Positions 56,571 through 64,000 of a DNA stretch of 64,000 nt are shown here, piece by piece (the first letter of the stretch is position 1; every line of letters starts with the position of its first letter). A program made the position numbers and the translations under genes. Where the stretch lies: positions 34,522 to 98,521 of the forward strand of contig JAQTSY010000004.1 of the NCBI GenBank assembly GCA_028711065.1, read 5' to 3'. Under the pieces are notes generated by a model. That model ran no database searches and was not told where the DNA came from. It worked only from the letters and a program-made list of their open reading frames with translations. Source of the stretch: Minisyncoccota bacterium (GTDB taxonomy: Bacteria; Patescibacteriota; Minisyncoccia; Phycocordibacterales; JAQTLZ01).

Positions 56571-57548
56571 ATGTCGGACTGTAAATTCGTAACGCTCCTT
56601 GAAGAGCGTTGGAAGAAGGGCAAATTCGCCTGCGTCGGGCTTGATTCGGAGCTCGGAAAGATCCCGGATTGCCTTAAGATGCAGACGAGTGATTCCACGA
56701 GTGCTGTCGTGAAATTCAATACGGAAATCATTAAAACCACGGCGGAACATGTCTGTTGCTTCAAGCCAAACGGTGCGTTCTATCTCGGTGAAGGTACCGC
56801 TGGAATGACAGCCCTTGATCGCACATTCCGGATAGCGGGGCAGTTGGCACCCTCAATTCCCCTCATCCTTGACCTCAAGGTGGGGGATATCGGCAACACC
56901 AATCGCGGCTACTTGAAGTTGCTGCTCGAACATCTCTGCGGCAACGCGATCACAGTGAACCCTTATGTCGGGGCGCACTGGGATCCTGATCCGACAAAAC
57001 ACGATGGCCTCCAGATTTTTCTCGAGGAGAAAGATATCGGCGTCTTCGTGCTCTGCCGCACATCGAACAAAGGCGCGACAGCCATTCAGGAAAGGCCTGT
57101 CATAGTGGGCGAAGCGGAATTTGAACACATGCAAGCTCTGGCGACTGCTGTTGATTGGAAAGGCACTGCCGGAGGATACATCATGCCGTTCTACCAGTAC
57201 ATCGCGCTCCTTGTGGATCGCGTCTGGAACAGGCACGGCAACTGCGCGCTGGTCGTCGGCGCCAATCATCCCAAACAACTCGCGGCTGTGCGCGAACTGT
57301 GCCCGAAGATACCGATCCTCATTCCTGCTTTTGGCAAACAGATCCAAGGCGAGGAAAACATCGTCAAGCAGACGGTCTTTGCCGGGCTCGATGCTTCCGG
57401 CGGCGGCATCATCTGCAACAATTCGCGCAATATCATCTTCGCCTCTGGCGGGGAAAATTATGCCGAGGCGGCGGGTGAAGCGGCCAAGAAGTTCAACGAT
57501 GAGATCTCAGGCTTCGTTTGCGACTGGCACGATGCGGCGAAGCAGTAA
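56571..57548 (+). CDS. pyrF: orotidine-5'-phosphate decarboxylase (long/type-2 form), GC-rich
   Basis: CVGLDSEL, LILDLKVGDIGNT matches DxKxxDIxxT catalytic motif; GGGAGGG RBS before ATG 56571. Confidence 0.75.
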   Translation: MSDCKFVTLLEERWKKGKFACVGLDSELGKIPDCLKMQTSDSTSAVVKFNTEIIKTTAEHVCCFKPNGAFYLGEGTAGMTALDRTFRIAGQLAPSIPLILDLKVGDIGNTNRGYLKLLLEHLCGNAITVNPYVGAHWDPDPTKHDGLQIFLEEKDIGVFVLCRTSNKGATAIQERPVIVGEAEFEHMQALATAVDWKGTAGGYIMPFYQYIALLVDRVWNRHGNCALVVGANHPKQLAAVRELCPKIPILIPAFGKQIQGEENIVKQTVFAGLDASGGGIICNNSRNIIFASGGENYAEAAGEAAKKFNDEISGFVCDWHDAAKQ

Positions 57549-57622
57549 CCCACTGGCTCACCCCGCCCGCGGCATTGTGCCGACGGGCGGAGGGCCGAAC
57601 ATAGCGAAAGGAGGAAATTCCA

Positions 57623-58303
57623 ATGCCGTCCAATAAGACAGAGGAACAATGGATGAAGGAGTTCACGCAAAGGGGGTCGCTCTGGATCCATGATGGAAAT
57701 CCGAAACGGCCTCATGCTCTTCTCACGAGCGGCGGACACAGCAACGGTTTCTTCAACGCAATCGAGAGCATCAAAGATCCGGATCTACTCGATGAAGCCT
57801 GTGATGACCTGCTCGATCTCCTCGATGAGGAGAAAGTGGTTGATAAGTCCGAAATGGTCATCGGCTCCGCGCTCGGCGCTGTTACCATTGCGTATCAGAC
57901 TGCAAAACAGCTTGTTGGTGTGAGCGCCGGCTGGACGGAAGAAGTGATCCTGGATCCGCCTGAGGATGCACCGGAGGGCGTAAAGGGAATAAAGATCATG
58001 GAGCTGAAACGCTTCGACATTAAGCCCGGAACGAAAATCCTGGTCGTCGAAGACGTGATGACAAGCGGTGCCACCACGGAGAAAACCATCGCCGGCATCA
58101 AGAAGAAGAACGGCATCGTCTTGCCGCAGATCGCCGTGCTTTTCAACAGGTCCGGCAAGACGCATCTCGGCGAGTACGAGATCGTCGCACTCATGACGCA
58201 TCCGCTCGAGAATTGGATGTCGCAGGACTGCCCTCTGTGCAAGAAGGGCTCGGAAGCAGTTCGTCCGAAGGCGAACTGGGCGAAGCTGACGGCAGCCTAC
58301 TAA
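57623..58303 (+). CDS. pyrE: orotate phosphoribosyltransferase, GC-rich
   Basis: LTSGGHSNGFFN (KSG..S.YFFN OPRT signature), PRPP-binding ILVVEDVMTSGATT. Confidence 0.7.
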   Translation: MPSNKTEEQWMKEFTQRGSLWIHDGNPKRPHALLTSGGHSNGFFNAIESIKDPDLLDEACDDLLDLLDEEKVVDKSEMVIGSALGAVTIAYQTAKQLVGVSAGWTEEVILDPPEDAPEGVKGIKIMELKRFDIKPGTKILVVEDVMTSGATTEKTIAGIKKKNGIVLPQIAVLFNRSGKTHLGEYEIVALMTHPLENWMSQDCPLCKKGSEAVRPKANWAKLTAAY

Positions 58304-58330
58304 ATAAGTACAGACAGATAAAGGATAGTG

Positions 58331-58365
58331 GCGCGAGGTGTAGAATCTACATCTTGCGCTTTTTT
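58331..58365 (+). terminator. intrinsic terminator after pyrE
   Basis: GCGCGAGGTGTAGAATCTACATCTTGCGC + TTTTTT. Confidence 0.8.
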
Positions 58366-58388
58366 ATTTGTCTGAATTTTGCTAGGGT
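58356..58388 (+). repeat. copy 1 of duplicated intergenic module GCGCTTTTTTATTTGTCTGAATTTTGCTAGGGT
   Basis: ~30/33 identical to 59157-59189; each follows a different terminator hairpin. Confidence 0.8.
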
Positions 58389-58392
58389 GTGA

Positions 58393-59106
58393 GTGGTGGT
58401 CGCGCCGGTTTCTGTGCTCATTTCGAGTACGCTGGTTCGCCAAACCTTTCACACTGGATTAGAGGGGGTTCATTTGAGAAAACAAATTGCTGAAGACAGA
58501 AGTCCGCCGGCGTCATCGCTACTGCAGATTGGTGCAGGGGATGACGCACTCGACGTTCTCAGCCTTTCTGGCGGGATATCGGGAGATCTCTTCCAGGACT
58601 TCGTCAGGGCAGGGATGTTCCCACACGTCATGAAGCATTTCGCCGCACGCTTGGTAGAGAATTCCGCGTTTGAGGACATTCGCGGGAGTCTCGATTGTCT
58701 CTGTGCCGTGTCTGTGGAGAGCATAAAGTTTGCCACCCACATCAGTGCACTCTGTGACTGTCGCGACATTTATCTCGAGCACGAAGAGAGGGATGTTGAC
58801 ACGAACATACAGCGTGAGGCATCAATGCTCGTGGTCGGACGGCACAAAATAGAGAGGGGAATACGCTACGGACTTGTCGACAACGTGCTCAATTTCTCGA
58901 CTGTCGACGAGGCTGCAAGGCTCATCATGAGTAAGGGTGGCATTGTCGTTGGGTTGTTTGGAATCCTGAATTGTTCGCCACGCTTTATCACCAGCTATGT
59001 GTCGCAAGGTGGCGCCATCAACCTGCCCGTAATCGCGGTGAAGCATGAGCCGAATCCCATAGAGGTGCCGTGGCAGAGTAAAGACAGGAACGTGAGGAGA
59101 ATGTAG
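58393..59106 (+). CDS. GC-rich hypothetical protein, possible type-I phosphoribosyltransferase-like fold
   Basis: YGLVDNVLNFSTVDEAARLI resembles PRPP-binding motif (hydrophobic4-D-D/N-x-x-T/S); possible TTG start at ~58474 after GAGGGGG RBS. Confidence 0.35.
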   Translation: MVVAPVSVLISSTLVRQTFHTGLEGVHLRKQIAEDRSPPASSLLQIGAGDDALDVLSLSGGISGDLFQDFVRAGMFPHVMKHFAARLVENSAFEDIRGSLDCLCAVSVESIKFATHISALCDCRDIYLEHEERDVDTNIQREASMLVVGRHKIERGIRYGLVDNVLNFSTVDEAARLIMSKGGIVVGLFGILNCSPRFITSYVSQGGAINLPVIAVKHEPNPIEVPWQSKDRNVRRM

Positions 59107-59133
59107 AAGAATGTAGTGAAAAGAGAATACAGT

Positions 59134-59189
59134 GCAGAGTCGCTCGCCCGGACTCTGCGCTTTTTTATTTGTTCGAATTTTGCTAGAGT
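59134..59189 (+). repeat. terminator hairpin + copy 2 of duplicated intergenic module
   Basis: GCAGAGTC-GCTCGCCCG-GACTCTGC then GCGCTTTTTTATTTGTTCGAATTTTGCTAGAGT. Confidence 0.8.
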
Positions 59190-59196
59190 TCCCAGT

Positions 59197-60111
59197 ATGA
59201 AATCAAAACTGGTGAGTTTCGAGACTGAAGACGATTTGAGTCTTTCTGGCCTTCTGTATGAACCAAAAAACCGGTCGAAGAAAATCGCCATATTTTTGCA
59301 CGGAAATGGAAACGGGTCTATTTTTAATAACCCAGAATTACAAAATACTATTGGTGACGCGCTCACGAAAAAGGGCATTGCTTATTTCCCATTTAATAAT
59401 CGTGGGTCGGGTTACATAAGAAGTTTTAGTCGGATGGTAAAGGGCAAGAAAGTGAGACGAAATCAGGGTATGGCATTCGAGCTTATTAAGGATTGCGTGA
59501 TCGATATAGACGCCGCGCTTGCGGCCCTGCGCAAGCGCGGCTACTCCGAATTCTATCTCCTCGGTCATTCGACGGGAGCGAACAAAATCTGCGTCTACAA
59601 CTACTACAAACCGAAAAATATTTTCTCAAAATTTGTGCTGCTTGCACCAGGCGATGATGTCGGCGGGTATCTGGATATGTGGGGTCCGCAGAAATTCGGC
59701 GCAATGCTCAAGATGTCGAAAGATAAAATCAAAGCAGGGAAGGGAGATGAGCTTGTTCCACAAAATCTTTCCAGCTACAACTTTATTTCATTTAAATCCC
59801 TGTATGACACGATCAATCCTGATGGGGACTACAATGTTTTTCCGTATTTTGAAGTGTTGCATAATCTTGGTCTGACTAAAAAGAAAAAAATTTGGCGAGA
59901 ATACCAGAGTCTCAAAAAACCAACTCTCGTTCTCATGCCAGGAAAGGACGAGCATTGTTATGGAAAGATAAAAGAAGTAGTAAAAATGCTTCAGCAAAAT
60001 GCTCCCGGCAAAAATTTCGATTTCAAAATTCTTCCTGGTTCATTACACGGCTTTTGGAAAAAAGAAAAAGAACTCTCTAAGCTCCTTGCTGATTGGCTCG
60101 CTTCAAACTAA
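59197..60111 (+). CDS. alpha/beta hydrolase
   Basis: IAIFLHGNGNG, GHSTGAN (GxSxG), C-terminal His; start trimmed to ATG 59197. Confidence 0.7.
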   Translation: MKSKLVSFETEDDLSLSGLLYEPKNRSKKIAIFLHGNGNGSIFNNPELQNTIGDALTKKGIAYFPFNNRGSGYIRSFSRMVKGKKVRRNQGMAFELIKDCVIDIDAALAALRKRGYSEFYLLGHSTGANKICVYNYYKPKNIFSKFVLLAPGDDVGGYLDMWGPQKFGAMLKMSKDKIKAGKGDELVPQNLSSYNFISFKSLYDTINPDGDYNVFPYFEVLHNLGLTKKKKIWREYQSLKKPTLVLMPGKDEHCYGKIKEVVKMLQQNAPGKNFDFKILPGSLHGFWKKEKELSKLLADWLASN

Positions 60112-60120
60112 GATAGAACA

Positions 60121-60711
60121 ATGACAGCCGCAATCCTTCTCTACGTTCTTCATTTTAGTTATCTCGGTATTTTTGTTGTTGTTTTCGCCGAATCAGGATT
60201 TCTTCTCGGGTTTTTCTTGCCTGGAGATTCGCTCCTTTTTACCGCAGGCCTTCTTTCATCGCAGGCAATTTTTAATATTTGGATTCTCGTTCCTCTTATT
60301 GTCATCGGTGCAATTCTCGGCGACAGTTTCGGCTATTATATGGGTAACAAATTAGGCCCAAAGATTTTTGTGCGAAAAGATTCATTTTTCTTCAAACAAG
60401 AAAATGTTGAAAAGACAAATCATTTTTATGAGAAGTATGGAGTGAAAACGATCATCCTCGCGCGTTTTGTCCCAATTGTACGCACTTTCGCTCCCATCTT
60501 TGCCGGTGTTGGGGGAATGAAATACTCAACCTTTCTTTCTTACAACGTGATTGGAGGATTTCTGTGGGGTGCTGGAGTGACTCTTGCCGGCTTTTTCCTT
60601 GGCCGGGCGTTTCCTGGAATCGAACACTACGTCACTTATATTATCATCCTGATTATTCTCGTTTCTTTTGTCCCGATTCTCTTAGAGTATTTCAAGAAGC
60701 GAAAAGCTTGA
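60121..60711 (+). CDS. DedA/SNARE-associated (VTT domain) membrane protein
   Basis: GFFLPGDSLLFTAG motif, 4-5 TM. Confidence 0.8.
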   Translation: MTAAILLYVLHFSYLGIFVVVFAESGFLLGFFLPGDSLLFTAGLLSSQAIFNIWILVPLIVIGAILGDSFGYYMGNKLGPKIFVRKDSFFFKQENVEKTNHFYEKYGVKTIILARFVPIVRTFAPIFAGVGGMKYSTFLSYNVIGGFLWGAGVTLAGFFLGRAFPGIEHYVTYIIILIILVSFVPILLEYFKKRKA

Positions 60712-60772
60712 AAAGTTTTGTAAAAGTTGTATAATAATCGCTTCAAAGAGTCCTTTCAGGAGGGTTTGAGTC

Positions 60773-60988
60773 ATGGCTGTAGATAAGGAGAAGTTAGAAA
60801 GAGATATCCTCTCGGCTCTGCTCTTAAGTCGTTGCATGATGACGCAGGGAGAGCTTCATCAGAGGCTTGGTACTTCTATTCCGATGTCCGACCTTCTCGA
60901 GGTCAAACAAGATCTCATCGAGCGCGGCCTCATCGAAGAAGATCCGGGTGGGAGAAGTCCTACGCTCATCCTTCTCGACGGAAAATAG
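60773..60988 (+). CDS. small hypothetical protein (71 aa), possible winged-helix
   Basis: ends ...PTLILLDGK, echoing FolD N-terminus; weak. Confidence 0.3.
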   Translation: MAVDKEKLERDILSALLLSRCMMTQGELHQRLGTSIPMSDLLEVKQDLIERGLIEEDPGGRSPTLILLDGK

Positions 60989-61058
60989 TTTCCTCGCCAT
61001 TCCAGGGGCCTTACCGCTTCTGGATTTTTGTTTTTAGAGTATAATTTAAGAAATTTAT

Positions 61059-61760
61059 ATGACCACTTTCGGCCTCATTCTTCTTTGTTTCTTTCTTTTT
61101 GTCGGCTACGTCTCTATTTATCGGAGAAAAGATCTGTTCACTCCTACGCAGGATCGCATATTTTTCACGCATCTTGTTATCATCGTCTTATTTATTGCCG
61201 TGAGTGTTGTGAATGCCTTTCATCTTTTTGATCTCGTAAATTCCGGAGTCCACGATTTCCTCCAAACGTTTTGGAATTCGAGCTTCGATACGCCGATGAT
61301 CATGGCGAGCTTCCTCGCGAGTCCTGAAACGCTCGCGATCCTTTCCTGCCTTCTTCTTATCGTCCTTCACTTTAGGCATGAACGTGCACTTTTCTTTTTC
61401 ACTTTCATTTCGTTGGTGGGTGCCTTGGTTTCCAATCTCATCTTGAAAGATCTTTTCAAGCTGGCTCGTCCCACAGTTTCTCTCATCCCTGAAACTTTTT
61501 GGAGTTTCCCAAGCGGGCATTCGACGATGATCGTCGTATTTCTTTCGTGTTTGTATTACTGCTGGACTCGGATGTATCCAAATATGGGGAAATGGAAAAA
61601 GCAGGCCGCGCTCTTTGCCGTTTTTCTCCTCTCTCTTGTTGTTGGCTTCAGCAGGCTTTATCTCGGTGTTCATTGGCTCTCTGACGTCGTCGCTGGATTT
61701 CTCCTCGGTCTTTTCTGGGTGACTTTTGCATATTTGAGTCCTAGGCCAAAGTCTGTATAA
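61059..61760 (+). CDS. PAP2-family lipid phosphatase
   Basis: KxxxxxxRP (KLARPT), PSGH, SRxxxxxHxxxD (SRLYLGVHWLSD). Confidence 0.85.
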   Translation: MTTFGLILLCFFLFVGYVSIYRRKDLFTPTQDRIFFTHLVIIVLFIAVSVVNAFHLFDLVNSGVHDFLQTFWNSSFDTPMIMASFLASPETLAILSCLLLIVLHFRHERALFFFTFISLVGALVSNLILKDLFKLARPTVSLIPETFWSFPSGHSTMIVVFLSCLYYCWTRMYPNMGKWKKQAALFAVFLLSLVVGFSRLYLGVHWLSDVVAGFLLGLFWVTFAYLSPRPKSV

Positions 61761-61769
61761 TCTGGCTTC

Positions 61770-62648
61770 ATGATACTTCTCGACGGAAAAAAAGTGAGTA
61801 AAGACAGGGCTCTTGAGCTGAAAGCGCAAGTTTCGGCTTTTAGAGTTGCGCCGACGCTCGCTATCTTGCAAGTGGGGGACGATGAACGTTCGAGCGCCTA
61901 TATCCGCCAGAAGAAACTTTTCGGCGAGAAGATCGGATGCAAAGTGTTGCATGTTACATTTGAGAATGCGGTTGCTCATTCTGACATTATTGAAAAGGTA
62001 AAAGCACTGAATGCAGATGTGGCTGTTCATGGGATTATTTTGCAATTGCCGATCCCTGCCAATCTCGATTCGCGCTCTATTATTGAGGCAATCGATCCGA
62101 AGAAAGACGTGGATGGGCTCCACAGCGAAAACGCGAAAAAACTCGCGGACGGAGAGGAGAGCGGATTTATTCCTGCGACAGCGAAAGGAGTGATCTCGCT
62201 TCTTGATGCGTACAAAATTCCCATGAGTGGGAAAAAAGCGACGGTAGTGGGGCGCTCGGCTCTTGTGGGTACTCCGACAGCGCTTTGTCTTACAAATCGC
62301 GGCGCGAATGTGACAGTGGTACATCGCGCAACTGTGAATATTCCAACAAAAACAAAACAAGCTGACATCCTTGTGGTTGCGGCAGGACATGCAAAGCTTA
62401 TCGACTCTCGTCACGTTTCGCCAGGCCAGACCGTTATAGATGTAGGAATCAATTTAGTCACGGGGGAAAAGCTTGAGGATGAAATTCCCAAGAAAAAGTT
62501 GGTGGGTGATGTAGATTTTGATGCGGTGAAGGATATCGTTGGAGCTATTTCTCCGGTACCGGGAGGAGTAGGACCGATGACTGTTCTTTCGTTGTTTGAG
62601 AACCTCATTCTCGCATATGATAGAATGAGGACAGGCAATAGGAATTAG
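61770..62648 (+). CDS. folD: bifunctional methylenetetrahydrofolate dehydrogenase/cyclohydrolase FolD
   Basis: ILLDGK, Rossmann GRSALVGTP, PVPGGVGPMT. Confidence 0.9.
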   Translation: MILLDGKKVSKDRALELKAQVSAFRVAPTLAILQVGDDERSSAYIRQKKLFGEKIGCKVLHVTFENAVAHSDIIEKVKALNADVAVHGIILQLPIPANLDSRSIIEAIDPKKDVDGLHSENAKKLADGEESGFIPATAKGVISLLDAYKIPMSGKKATVVGRSALVGTPTALCLTNRGANVTVVHRATVNIPTKTKQADILVVAAGHAKLIDSRHVSPGQTVIDVGINLVTGEKLEDEIPKKKLVGDVDFDAVKDIVGAISPVPGGVGPMTVLSLFENLILAYDRMRTGNRN

Positions 62649-62734
62649 GCTATAGGCAATAGATTGAAAAAGAGAAATATTATTATTTAATTTCTAGTGA
62701 CTAAGGCCTATCGCCTAAAGCCTAGTTTAAAAAT

Positions 62735-63544
62735 ATGGACGAAAATAAAATAGGAGGCGGGACAAGCGTAGATCACTCACGAGTAAAAAAAGCTCTTGCG
62801 CTTTTTTTGGTGATCGTCTCAATATTCTTTGTTATAAAAACAGTCAACGAAGTAAAGAAGGGTGAGCTTATCGGAAGTGGTACAACAGCGACAAATCTCA
62901 TCTCTGTAACTGGGACGGGAGATGTTTCGGCAGTTCCAGATATCGCAACTTTTTCTCTGACAGTGACGAACTCTAATAAGTGGGCGACTCTTGCGCAGGA
63001 TGCTACAACAGAGAAAATGAATTCGGTTCTGAAAGTTTTGAAAGATACGTACAAAATTGATGACAGGGATATAAAGACGACAGGATATGACATTCAGCCG
63101 AATTATGACTATATTCAAAGCGTTTGTTCAGGCATACAGTGCCGACCATCTTCACAAGTGCTTCGAGATTATTCAGTATCGCAAAGCATAACCGTGAAGG
63201 TGCGTGATACTGCAAAGGCGGGCGATATCATTGCAGCTGTGGGGCAGCTTAATGTGAATTATTTGAGCGGCCTTACTTTCAGCATCGATAACCAAGATGC
63301 ACTCAACGAGCAGGCTCGAAAGAAAGCGATTGATCAGGCGAAATCGAAAGCGGAAGTATTGGCTGGAGATTTGGGTGTGAAGCTTGTGCGAATCGTAAAC
63401 TTTAGCGAGAACGGAAATTATCCGATAGCGTATGACAGAGGAATGATGGCTTCAGCGCCGATGGTGGAGAAAGTGGCGCCGGAGATTCCAAAGGGAGAGA
63501 ACAAAATTACTTCAAACGTAACGATTACGTACGAGATACGATAG
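62735..63544 (+). CDS. SIMPL-domain (DUF541) periplasmic protein
   Basis: N-terminal TM, ISVTGTGDVSAVPDIATFSLTVT... SIMPL pattern. Confidence 0.75.
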   Translation: MDENKIGGGTSVDHSRVKKALALFLVIVSIFFVIKTVNEVKKGELIGSGTTATNLISVTGTGDVSAVPDIATFSLTVTNSNKWATLAQDATTEKMNSVLKVLKDTYKIDDRDIKTTGYDIQPNYDYIQSVCSGIQCRPSSQVLRDYSVSQSITVKVRDTAKAGDIIAAVGQLNVNYLSGLTFSIDNQDALNEQARKKAIDQAKSKAEVLAGDLGVKLVRIVNFSENGNYPIAYDRGMMASAPMVEKVAPEIPKGENKITSNVTITYEIR

Positions 63545-63553
63545 GGGAAATGC

Positions 63554-63590
63554 AAAGCCCCGCGCCGATTTCATCGGCGCGGGGCTTCTT
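63554..63590 (+). terminator. intrinsic terminator
   Basis: AAGCCCCGCGCCGAT-TTC-ATCGGCGCGGGGCTT. Confidence 0.85.
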
Positions 63591-63696
63591 GCTTTCTTCT
63601 CCCGTGGATGATTATATGAATCAGGTAGTTTGTTCCATTGTGTTGTTTGTCATTTTTTGAGTTGAAACCCATTTTCCCTACGGGGGAGGAGATGCC

Positions 63697-64000
63697 GTGA
63701 TCAAGCGTTACGAGCAGGAAGATGTGAGAAATCGCTGCAGTAAAGAAACGAAAGTGAAGGGCTGGGACAAGACCGAACTCGCTGTCATCGAAGCAAGGGA
63801 GCATCTCGGAAGGATTTCGCACGAATGTTTCGATACCATTCGGGATGTCCTCAAGGCGCATCCTGTTGATATCGCGAAGTGGGAGGCGCTTGAAAAGGAA
63901 ATGAATCATGATCTGAATGCCTATTCCGAGGAGCGCAAAGGCTACTTGCCGGCGATGTACAAGAACGAGTTTCACCGGCAGATCACTTCCTACGACACCG
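63697..64000 (+). CDS. purB: adenylosuccinate lyase (5' partial, GTG start), GC-elevated
   Basis: N-terminal VIKRYEQEDV...WDKTELAVIEAREHLGRIS...EKEMNHDLNAY...HRQITSYD parallels PurB IERYSRPEM...WLEVE..A.EA.ELG.I...EKDTRHDVVAF...HYGLTSTD; GGAGGAG RBS. Confidence 0.65.
   Translation, partial: MIKRYEQEDVRNRCSKETKVKGWDKTELAVIEAREHLGRISHECFDTIRDVLKAHPVDIAKWEALEKEMNHDLNAYSEERKGYLPAMYKNEFHRQITSYDT

Noticed and set aside
13421-59189. Apparent shared T-rich ATTTGTC motif after terminators of all GC-rich genes as an island-specific signal
   Set aside because: Backbone terminators (tyrS, rplS, tRNA-Leu, rpsT) have similar T-run plus TTTGT tails. Only the two exact duplicated modules (13378/14484 and 58356/59157) are treated as real repeats.
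1-64000. CRISPR arrays, transposases, integrases, prophage genes
   Set aside because: No arrays of regularly spaced direct repeats and no recombinase/transposase-like ORFs were seen. The only repeats are the paired modules and the tRNA-associated palindromes.

Overview
AT-rich (~40% GC by eye) bacterial chromosome segment that begins at the replication origin. Its core genes run dnaA, dnaN, class-A PBP, TyrRS, ruvC-yebC-ruvB, type IV pilus ATPase pilB, tsaE, polA, holA, fpg, murE-ruvA, rpsT, riboflavin ribE/ribH, ruvX, pilMNO, uppS, rluA, rplS, a PIF1 helicase, an acyl-lipid desaturase, folD and others. I also call 7 tRNAs: Lys-TTT, Arg-GCG, Ser-TGA, Arg-TCT, Val-TAC, Leu-GAG, His-GTG. The gene content and compaction are compatible with a small-genome, Patescibacteria/CPR-like organism, but that assignment is inference only.

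The main anomaly is a series of short islands with much higher GC and clearly different codon usage. They are typically single genes, each with its own AT-rich sigma70-like promoter and an intrinsic terminator, and they sit inside the AT-rich backbone:
- 12.3-14.5 kb: two paralogous secreted/membrane proteins that share a ~23-aa motif and a near-identical duplicated 3' terminator module.
- 37.9-38.7 kb, 40.1-41.2 kb (a novel N-terminal domain fused to a cold-shock-like C-terminal domain), 45.8-46.4 kb and 48.9-49.5 kb.
- 56.5-59.1 kb: a nucleotide-metabolism island carrying pyrF, pyrE and a phosphoribosyltransferase-like ORF, with two copies of a duplicated ~33-bp intergenic module.
- A moderately GC-elevated partial purB at the window end.

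Other notable features:
- Two tRNAs (Lys, Val) carry a conserved ~90-bp palindromic trailer element. It contains an inverted partial copy of the tRNA's own 3' end, split by an inserted hairpin.
- A hairpin cluster abuts tRNA-Arg(TCT), and an imperfect inverted repeat pair brackets the tRNA-Val locus.
- A bipartite DnaA-box origin flanks dnaA.
- A consensus promoter fires into a 330-bp gene-free region that ends in a perfect palindromic terminator.
- There is a 44-aa ultra-acidic ORF with its own ribosome-binding site and terminator.
- An HTH/LAGLIDADG-like ORF reads through tRNA-Arg(GCG).
- An ATP-grasp ligase gene is convergent with an ABC exporter gene, an HExxH membrane protein gene and a small ORF.

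No CRISPR array, transposase or integrase was recognised.
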